Shown: in pieces, positions 39,907 through 47,176 of the stretch
Position numbering within the stretch: the first letter of the stretch is position 1
How the letters are laid out: every line of letters begins with the position of its first letter
Origin: Candidatus Hadarchaeota archaeon
Lineage (GTDB): Archaea > CAYQAE01 > CAYVLA01
Assembly: GCA_964621445.1 (NCBI GenBank)
Contig: CAZUNO010000011.1
Location: 1 to 64,000 of the forward strand
Direction: 5' to 3'
Length of the DNA: 64,000 nucleotides
Made by a program: the position numbers and the translations under genes
Notes under the pieces: generated by a model
Databases searched by the model: none
What the model was told of the DNA's origin: nothing
Seen by the model: only the letters and a program-made list of their open reading frames with translations

Positions 39907-41577
39907 TTGTCCTCAGAACTGGAACTCGACTTCTACACCACCATGCGTGATATTGAGTCCCGGGAAGAAGACCTACGGGAGGCCGGTGAGAGGAATGAAG
40001 AGAGTCAGTCGTTTCTAGGTAGGAAATCCGGTCTTAGGACTCTTTTGGTGGCGATTTTAGCCATTCTGGTAATTGCCCTGGTTGTATACCTCCTGCATCT
40101 GGCTGGGTTTTTCGCGGCTCCCCGGGGCCAGCTTCTTTGGCGCGGTGCTTACCGCTCGCTGTCCGACGATTACCAGGAGCTGGAATCGCTTCACGGCAAT
40201 CAGTCCCGATCGCTGAGCCAGGCTCGTGAGGAAAAGGAGAAATGGGAGAATGAGGCGGAATGGTTGCGGTCGGCCCTGGAGGCCAGGGAATCAAGGCTGG
40301 ATGAAATCCAGGCGGAGATCGAGATCTGCAGGGAGGAGCTGGGCCGGACCAGGGGTGAGCTGGAAAAGGCCCGGTGCGAATACCTTCGGGCAGCCGAGCT
40401 GCTGAATCGGACCAGGAGGGAAAGGGACGATTACCGGTCATTATCCTCGGTCCTGAGGCATGAACTCTGTGTAACCCGATCAAACCTAACTGCAGCCAGG
40501 CGGGAGCTTGAGATTCGCATGGCCGAGCTAGCCTCGCTCCGGGAGGAGGTGAAAGGGCTCCAAGAACAATTGGAGGCCAGCCGGGACGATAGGGACCAAT
40601 GGATATCCAGACTCCACGAACTGGAACTGGAATACCAGGAGCTCATGTGCAGGCTTAAGATCTGCGAGCTCGAGGAGGCCAGGTGGAGGGACCTATACCT
40701 CGAGGAGCTGGCCGAGCTTGAGGAGGCCCTTGAAAGATGCGGAAATCGGACCAGGTCCCTTTCCCAGGCCCTGGATGACTGCAGGTCAAGAAACCGGGAA
40801 TTGAGGGCGGAAAATGAGGAGGTCCTCCTGGAGCTGGAGCGGGTAATTTCCGAGCGGGACAGGTGGAAGGAGGCCTACCGGGAGCTCAACCGGTCATACA
40901 GGTTGCTCCAGGAGGAGCTGGGGGCTCTCAGGGAGAGGTGTGCAAATATCAGCGCTGCCCTGGAGGAGGTCACGCGGGAGAGGGACCGGTGGGAGAACCT
41001 GTACGGTGAATTGGAGGCGAGCTACCGGACCTGTCTCTCAAGGCTGGAATACTGGAGGAACAGGTGTGATGAGCTCATGGCTGACCTGGAGACCGTCCAG
41101 GCCGAAAACGAGGAGCTATCCGACCAGCTGGAGGAATGCAGCTCCCGGGTGAACGAGCTGGAGGCCACCTGCGACTCACTCCAGGAAGAACTTGACCAGG
41201 CCCTTTCCAGCGTCGAGTACTGGCATGGACTGTACGATGGGCTATGGAACATCACCCTCTCGCTGGAGATCGGGAACATATCGGTCCTGGACCGGGAGTG
41301 TGGAAAGCCATCAAGGATTTCGGCGGAGATAATGGCCTGCGTGAGCACCACGGAATCCCCCATGTACCTGTTTCTTGAATACTGGGCTGAACCATTGGAC
41401 TGCGTCTGGGGATATGGGACCATTACCGAGGAAGTTTCCCAATGGGAATCAACGTGCAAGACCTTCAATGTCACCCTCGATTTCGGTACCGGGGTGGGAC
41501 CCTACAAGGTGATATCCAAGGGCAGGCTTCAACCAATCCATGGGGCGGCGGAAGCCGAGAAGCGGGGTCCGGATTAA
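39907..41577 (+). CDS. Membrane-anchored long coiled-coil protein, Cys-rich, with a beta-rich C-terminal domain
   Basis: One TM near residues 45-70, ~360 aa of heptad repeats, several N-x-S/T sequons. Confidence 0.75.
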   Translation: MSSELELDFYTTMRDIESREEDLREAGERNEESQSFLGRKSGLRTLLVAILAILVIALVVYLLHLAGFFAAPRGQLLWRGAYRSLSDDYQELESLHGNQSRSLSQAREEKEKWENEAEWLRSALEARESRLDEIQAEIEICREELGRTRGELEKARCEYLRAAELLNRTRRERDDYRSLSSVLRHELCVTRSNLTAARRELEIRMAELASLREEVKGLQEQLEASRDDRDQWISRLHELELEYQELMCRLKICELEEARWRDLYLEELAELEEALERCGNRTRSLSQALDDCRSRNRELRAENEEVLLELERVISERDRWKEAYRELNRSYRLLQEELGALRERCANISAALEEVTRERDRWENLYGELEASYRTCLSRLEYWRNRCDELMADLETVQAENEELSDQLEECSSRVNELEATCDSLQEELDQALSSVEYWHGLYDGLWNITLSLEIGNISVLDRECGKPSRISAEIMACVSTTESPMYLFLEYWAEPLDCVWGYGTITEEVSQWESTCKTFNVTLDFGTGVGPYKVISKGRLQPIHGAAEAEKRGPD

Positions 41578-41708
41578 CTCGGGTTCCCGGCTAGGATGGA
41601 ATTTTCATCATAAATGGCACTATTTCAACACGTTTTTGCCCCATATTCAAGTTGAATTTAGCAAATGGATACTAAATAGAGGCTAGAGCCCTTTCTTTTA
41701 GGGTTTCC

Positions 41709-41724
41709 CGATAACTTTTTAAGT
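41709..41724 (+). promoter_or_regulatory. BRE/TATA-like promoter upstream of the large structured RNA
   Basis: CGATAAC-TTTTTAAG about 25-30 nt before the first paired base of the RNA. Confidence 0.55.
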
Positions 41725-41744
41725 TAGAATGACATATATTCATT

Positions 41745-42400
41745 CCCTGTCGTGGCCGGCAGGGCAGGTAGGAAGCAGACAGTCACGGGAAATGGTTCGA
41801 TGTCCTTTGGATGTCGAGCCGGTGACGAACGCCTCTTTCCAGGGCCTATGTCCGTGGGAAGTCGCGTTCCAAGCCACGGGATTGATCGGCTGCGATCGAT
41901 TTCCCCGAAACCAGTCGAAAAAAGTGGCCTCCCGTAAAGGGTCTCGCTCCGTTGAGGTACGAGCCATCGTCGAGTATCCCTGGTACAGTGGCTTTCTCGG
42001 TGCGAGCAAAGGAGCAGGTATCCAGGTCCGAGCCTCAGAAGAGGACTGGTGACTTGCTTTACGTCGCTTCCCTGCAAACCTGCCGGTTTGACGGGCACAG
42101 GAGCGGTAAGGAGACGGATGCTGCCGGGAACAAGCAACAGGTTCCGGCTTGTTGCTTGGTGGAAGTTGATGGGTGTGTGAACACGCATCGGCAATGCCGC
42201 CGGGAGCACCTTCGTACCTTCTGATGTTTCCTCAGGTGGTATGGAGAAGGCGGCAATCCGTAAAAGGATCCGCCCGTTGAGGCGGAGTCGAGCACAAACT
42301 CCCAAGTAAGTTCGACTTCTAACGGGCGGAAGGAACGGACCTCCACGCCAAACCTCAAGAGAGGTGTGGCGGTCTGTTTTGTCCGTCTCCCCGCAATTCC
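41745..42400 (+). ncRNA. Large (~650 nt) highly structured non-coding RNA of unknown class
   Basis: Two closed domains (41746-42095 and 42103-42394) with more than 12 helices; mismatches are G-U on the + strand; GNRA loop; no credible ORF; TATA box upstream. Confidence 0.75.
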
Positions 42401-42535
42401 CTATTTACACATCCCTTCTGGACTAGTTGTGGCTACATTTCTTCTCATTTTTTGATACTAATGGCGTAACACTGCGTATATTCCGGCAGGTTTTTATCGT
42501 CCAAAAACGGTCATTATCCCTGGGTAGGTGATGAT

Positions 42536-43714
42536 TTGCCGAAATACATGTACGCGGATTCGACCGAGTTCGGTCTGCAGCGTGACTTCATAGATATACT
42601 CGAAAGGTTCTCGGACGCGGCGATAGAGGCCATTCCAGACCAGCGGGAAATCCTGGAGTTGAAAGAAAAGATAGCCAACAAGGAGTCGGAGAAGGAGTCC
42701 ACCCTTACCAGGATAGACAAGTATGGCCAGGAGATAGATTCCTCGATAGAGGACGTGACCAGGCGTTTCGGGGCGGAGGAGTTTGGCCCGGTCCTAGAGA
42801 GGATGAAGGCAGCGGCCTCGGAATACGTCAATGACTTTCGGCAGGCCAGGCTTGAGGCCTTTGAGAAGGAGATGAGCTCCCTGAAGGACAGCCTATCCAA
42901 GAAACAGGCCAGCCTGCTCCAGGTCCTGCAGGACTTCCTGTACCATGACCCCCTGAAGATGGAGCGTCTGGTGGTCGAGGCCTCTCTGGATGGTGAAAGG
43001 TACGATTCCAGGGCCGAGACCTCCTGCCAGAACGGCGTGTTCTACGTATTCAAGCTGGACTTCTTCGACAGAAAAATGGAAGTTAAGGATCTGATAGAGA
43101 AGAAGGTGGAGATACCGGCAGCCATGAAGAAGACCATCATGGGGAAGGAAAAGAAGCCCCGGTTTATCTCCCTAGATGACTGGTGTATAGAGGACCTGAG
43201 GTACGAATCGAATGGGGAGACGGTTCTCAGAGCCACCCTGACCGGCGAGCCGGGCAAGGAGGACTCCCCTAAACTGCAGCTAACCCTGACCCCGGGGGAG
43301 GAAAGGGTTGAGTCGGTTGTGTACACGGACGAGGATGGGGATAGCCTGGACATACTGAAGGACCCCGAGCTCAGGAAGCACGTGGACGAGAACCTGGAGG
43401 AGTATGCCAAGTTCCTCCTGGGCCACTGCTTCACCCTTACCAATAGGAAGAAGGACATGGTCGATGTCCAGATGGACGACCAGGGTCTGGTGGAGAACGA
43501 CCTGGCCGAGAAGTTCATGGTAAGATGCGCAAAGGAATACGCCCCCACCGTGGCCAAGATAAGGGAGAAGGGCCTGGTGGACAAGGAGCTCAACCTGAAG
43601 GTAGAGGACGTCGAGGGCAGGAGAACTGAGCTTTATATGGATATAGAGGAATACAGGTCCAAGATGAAGGCCATCCCTCGCGGGTCAGAGATGTGTTCCA
43701 TCATGGGTCTGTAG
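42536..43714 (+). CDS. Hypothetical protein (392 aa, acidic, N-terminal coiled coil)
   Basis: Long ORF with typical codon usage; AGGTGA upstream of the TTG start. Confidence 0.85.
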   Translation: MPKYMYADSTEFGLQRDFIDILERFSDAAIEAIPDQREILELKEKIANKESEKESTLTRIDKYGQEIDSSIEDVTRRFGAEEFGPVLERMKAAASEYVNDFRQARLEAFEKEMSSLKDSLSKKQASLLQVLQDFLYHDPLKMERLVVEASLDGERYDSRAETSCQNGVFYVFKLDFFDRKMEVKDLIEKKVEIPAAMKKTIMGKEKKPRFISLDDWCIEDLRYESNGETVLRATLTGEPGKEDSPKLQLTLTPGEERVESVVYTDEDGDSLDILKDPELRKHVDENLEEYAKFLLGHCFTLTNRKKDMVDVQMDDQGLVENDLAEKFMVRCAKEYAPTVAKIREKGLVDKELNLKVEDVEGRRTELYMDIEEYRSKMKAIPRGSEMCSIMGL

Positions 43715-43725
43715 AGGTGCTGATC

Positions 43726-43998
43726 ATGGCATCGAGGTATTACGAGATACGTAGAAGGAAATCTCTCCAGAAGCTGGAAGAGGTGAAGTCCGAGAAGAGG
43801 TCCCTCGAGGCACTGATCGAGAACAGGAGCAAGCTTGACCAGGATGTCCAGTCCAAGTTGGAGGAAGTGGATAAGCTGATAAGCGACTCGGAAGGCCTGC
43901 ACGAGAAATACGATTTCATGGAGTCCTTCAACAGGAGCAAGCGAGCCCTCAAGTTGCTCAAGGAATTGGATTACCTGGTTCTGGCCTCCAGGAAATGA
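43726..43998 (+). CDS. Hypothetical small helical protein
   Basis: GAGGTG upstream of the ATG at 43726; closely follows the previous gene. Confidence 0.7.
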   Translation: MASRYYEIRRRKSLQKLEEVKSEKRSLEALIENRSKLDQDVQSKLEEVDKLISDSEGLHEKYDFMESFNRSKRALKLLKELDYLVLASRK

Positions 43999-44003
43999 TC
44001 AGA

Positions 44004-44063
44004 TGGGATGATGACGGGTTTTCGTTTATTAGTGGAGGGTACAGGCAATTCCAGCGGTGACCA
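44004..44063 (+). ncRNA. Weak candidate C/D-box small RNA
   Basis: Perfect C box ATGATGA at 44008, D-like GTGA at 44057, TGG/CCA terminal stem, 60 nt in an intergenic gap. Confidence 0.3.
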
Positions 44064-44077
44064 CGGGAGATTAGGAT

Positions 44078-44608
44078 TTGATTCCCAGGAAGGTTTTCTT
44101 CACCAAGGGAGTTGGTAGAAACTCCGAGAAGCTTTCCTCCTTCGAGGAGGCCCTGAGAGATGCCGGGGTAGAGGAATGCAACTTCGTTCACGTTTCCAGC
44201 ATCCTTCCCCCGGGGTGTGAGGTAGTGGATAGGTCGGAGGGCGTGGCCCTGCTGGAAACCGGTCAGATAACCTTCGTGGTCATGGCCGAGAACTCCTCGT
44301 GCGAGCCCGGGACCCTGGTATCAGCTGCCATCGGCCTGGCCAGGCCGGCGAGCGATGGTTACGGGTATCTCTCCGAGCACACCAGCCTGAAACAGCCCTC
44401 AGGCGAGCACGCAGAGGACCTGGCGGCCACCATGCTGGCCACTGCACTGGGTATCGAGTTCGATCCCCAGGACGATTGGGACCAGAGGAAGAGGACCTAC
44501 CGGGCATCTGGAAAGATAATCAAGACCAGCAACATATCCCAGTCGGCCCGGGTTGGTGAGGATGGCCGGTGGACCACGGTTCTGGCCGCGGCGGTCTTCG
44601 TCCTGTAG
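44078..44608 (+). CDS. pdaD: Pyruvoyl-dependent arginine decarboxylase
   Basis: [21 protein letters not shown] (Ser-Ser cleavage site), GYLSEH and AEDLAATML motifs. Confidence 0.93.
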   Translation: MIPRKVFFTKGVGRNSEKLSSFEEALRDAGVEECNFVHVSSILPPGCEVVDRSEGVALLETGQITFVVMAENSSCEPGTLVSAAIGLARPASDGYGYLSEHTSLKQPSGEHAEDLAATMLATALGIEFDPQDDWDQRKRTYRASGKIIKTSNISQSARVGEDGRWTTVLAAAVFVL

Positions 44609-44690
44609 GGCAGATCGATGGCCGCGTTTGGACTGGCCACAATATTTTAGGCTCCAGAGATAACCGGTTATCGGTCCCTTACTCAGCAAG

Positions 44691-46238
44691 GTGGAAATCA
44701 CCCTGGTATCAATCAAGATCTTGGTCTCGACCGTCATACTGATAGCCACGGTTACCGTGGGAAGCGTGGGGTTTCACCATTTCGAGAGGGGGCAGAACCT
44801 TACCTGGACCGATTCCGTATACTTCACCATCGTGACCATTACCACCGTGGGGTACGGAGAGATCCATCCCCAGACCGATGCGGGAAAGCTGTTTGCCATC
44901 CCGGTGATTACAATAGGCGTTTCCTCGGCCCTCTCCACCCTCACCGTACTCTTCGGCGCTCTGCTGGAGGACCGCGTCAGGAGGGCGGTAACCGGCCTGT
45001 CACAACCGGAGAAGTACGAGGACCACGTCATACTCTGCGGGTCAGGTGACCTGGCGGAGATAGTTGCCAAGGAACTCAGGCTGAACAACGTGGATTACGT
45101 CCGCGTTTCCAGAGAGGAGATACCAGGGCAAACAAGGCTCATAGTGGGAGACCCCGGCGATGAGGGGATCCTAAAACGGGCAGGTATCATGAATGCAGTA
45201 TCCCTGGTAGTTCTACTGGAGGACCGGGAGGAGTTCTTCGTTACCCTTGAGGCCAAGCGCCTGAGGCCCGATCTCCGGGTGGTGACGGCGGTTGAGGACC
45301 CCGAAAATAAGACCAGGCTGGAGGAGGTGGGGGCGGATCTGGTGGTTGCATGCGATACCCTGTCGGCAAGGCTGTTGGCCATGGCCTCGGAGAGGCATTT
45401 CTCCATGGGCTTCTTCGATACCGATATATCGCCCAGGCCTATAGCTCTCAGCGAGATCTCCATACCTGAGGGGAGCCCGGTGGTGGGGAAGACCCTGGCC
45501 GAACTTTCCATCCCCGAGAGATTCGGCCTGTCGGTGGTAGCTCTCACCAGGGGTAAGAAGCTGGAGCCCAATCCGGATCCATTCCAGGAACTGGAGGCCG
45601 GGGGCCAGATAGTGGTATTCGGCGAGAAGGAAAACGCGTCCGATCTCAAGGCCTACGCATCGGGTGGTAGGGCGGGGACGGGTGAGGTGGAGATTCCACG
45701 GGTCGAGAAACGTAAGGGGCTTCCCACAGAGATCCGGTCCCGGGGACCGAGGATGATGACCAACCTATTCCTGATAGTGCTGGTGATGGTCTTCTACCAG
45801 TTCATCTCCCCCGTTTTCTCTGCAGCGGGCATTACCCTTAATCTCCAGGAGATGTTTAACCTGGCCATATTCTTCGTGGTGCTGGCCGCCATAGGCTATC
45901 TCCTGTTCTCGGTTCTATCCGACTTCAAGATACTGGTGGATGCTGGGTTCCTGACCGCCAGTGGGTTGGACAGCGTGGTTCAGGCCAGTGGGGTGAGGAG
46001 GATCATCAGGAATGGAGTATTCATGGCTCTGATTGTGGTGCTGGGCCTGGTGGTCGGCCCCCTCCTGGGATCGATGGGGGGAGGCGCCGTCTGGGTGGCG
46101 GGGGCCATACCCTGGATATGCCTGGGGCTTCTCCTGGTGGTCCTCTACGACATGGGCTCCTTCCTCCACGGGGCCATGATCCGTTTCGTGAGAAGGGTGG
46201 CCGAGACCTTTGCTAGGTCCATAGAGGAGGGTGATTGA
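44691..46238 (+). CDS. Potassium channel (2TM pore) with RCK domains and an extra C-terminal membrane domain
   Basis: TITTVGYG selectivity filter, TrkA-N and TrkA-C domains, four further hydrophobic helices. Confidence 0.9.
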   Translation: MEITLVSIKILVSTVILIATVTVGSVGFHHFERGQNLTWTDSVYFTIVTITTVGYGEIHPQTDAGKLFAIPVITIGVSSALSTLTVLFGALLEDRVRRAVTGLSQPEKYEDHVILCGSGDLAEIVAKELRLNNVDYVRVSREEIPGQTRLIVGDPGDEGILKRAGIMNAVSLVVLLEDREEFFVTLEAKRLRPDLRVVTAVEDPENKTRLEEVGADLVVACDTLSARLLAMASERHFSMGFFDTDISPRPIALSEISIPEGSPVVGKTLAELSIPERFGLSVVALTRGKKLEPNPDPFQELEAGGQIVVFGEKENASDLKAYASGGRAGTGEVEIPRVEKRKGLPTEIRSRGPRMMTNLFLIVLVMVFYQFISPVFSAAGITLNLQEMFNLAIFFVVLAAIGYLLFSVLSDFKILVDAGFLTASGLDSVVQASGVRRIIRNGVFMALIVVLGLVVGPLLGSMGGGAVWVAGAIPWICLGLLLVVLYDMGSFLHGAMIRFVRRVAETFARSIEEGD

Positions 46239-46924
46239 TGGTACAGGGAGTAGTGATATGCGGGGATGGGCCACTGATCCCCAGCGTTTGCATGTACCTA
46301 TTAAAGTCACACAGGAGGGTAAACCTCATCAGTCCCAACCCCTCCCTGGCCATTGAGGGCGTGGATTTCACGGAGGGTGACCCCACGGACTCGGGGGAGC
46401 TCTCGCGGGCCGGGGTGGGTGATGCCTCGGATATCATTGTGATATGCGCGGAGGACTGGGACGCCGCCGTTATAGTCATGAATGCCAGGAAGATCAATGA
46501 GGAGGCCACTATAGTGGTCAATGTGAATAGAGAAAACAGCGCCCAGAAGCTTTACTCACTGGGCGCCTCCAGGGTGGTGTTTCCCCTCTCGGTTAGCGGC
46601 CACCTGATAGCCAGCGCGGCCTCATCGCCAGTGCTGGCCGAGTTCATGGATCGGATAATTCTCACCCAGGATATCGAGATAGGACATATCGAGATAGACG
46701 AGGACAGCGATATGGTGGGTAAAAAAATCGGTGACCTTAAATTGAGGGAGATGACCGGTTGCTGGGTGTTGGGCATCGTCAGTCCGGGCAAGGAATTCGT
46801 TCCCAATCCGGGGTCTGAGGCCGAGATCCAGGACGGTCAGACCCTGATATGCCTGGGTTCCTCTGAGGGTCTGAGGGATTTCTTCGAGTCGGCCAAGTCC
46901 TCCTACCGGGAGGGCGGGGGATAG
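46235..46924 (+). CDS. Soluble RCK/TrkA-family protein
   Basis: GDPTD..L.RAGV, LGASRVVFP and TrkA-C (VPNPGSEAEI) motifs. Confidence 0.85.
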   Translation: MMVQGVVICGDGPLIPSVCMYLLKSHRRVNLISPNPSLAIEGVDFTEGDPTDSGELSRAGVGDASDIIVICAEDWDAAVIVMNARKINEEATIVVNVNRENSAQKLYSLGASRVVFPLSVSGHLIASAASSPVLAEFMDRIILTQDIEIGHIEIDEDSDMVGKKIGDLKLREMTGCWVLGIVSPGKEFVPNPGSEAEIQDGQTLICLGSSEGLRDFFESAKSSYREGGG

Positions 46925-47176
46925 TCGTATGGGATTATTACGGGTTTTTCGGGGGAGCGAAAGGCGATAACGCCCTATTGGGGATGGATCGGGCTGCTCC
47001 TATGTCTGGTGGCAATGGCGGCCAGCGCCTGGCGGTTCGCCGAGAGCGGAAACCCGCTGCTGATCCTGATAACCCTGGTGGCCGGCCTACTTGCCCACAG
47101 GTTGTCACGGTAGCTCACGGAAAGCTTCATATCCATCCCCTGCCCGAGAAGGGGGTGGAGTGACCGAGGTGGTAGA

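Noticed and set aside
41724-42358. Short ORFs on both strands over the structured region
   Set aside because: They overlap one another, lack the acidic composition and codon bias of neighbouring genes, and show no recognisable motifs.
41745-42400. Identity of the large RNA as RNase P, SRP RNA, or a group I/II intron
   Set aside because: No GAGGAAxxUC, GUGAAACGG or ACAGAA..GGCUUA set; no SRP helix-8 motif; no GUGYG start or domain V; not inserted in a gene. This is by-eye only and needs an Rfam search.
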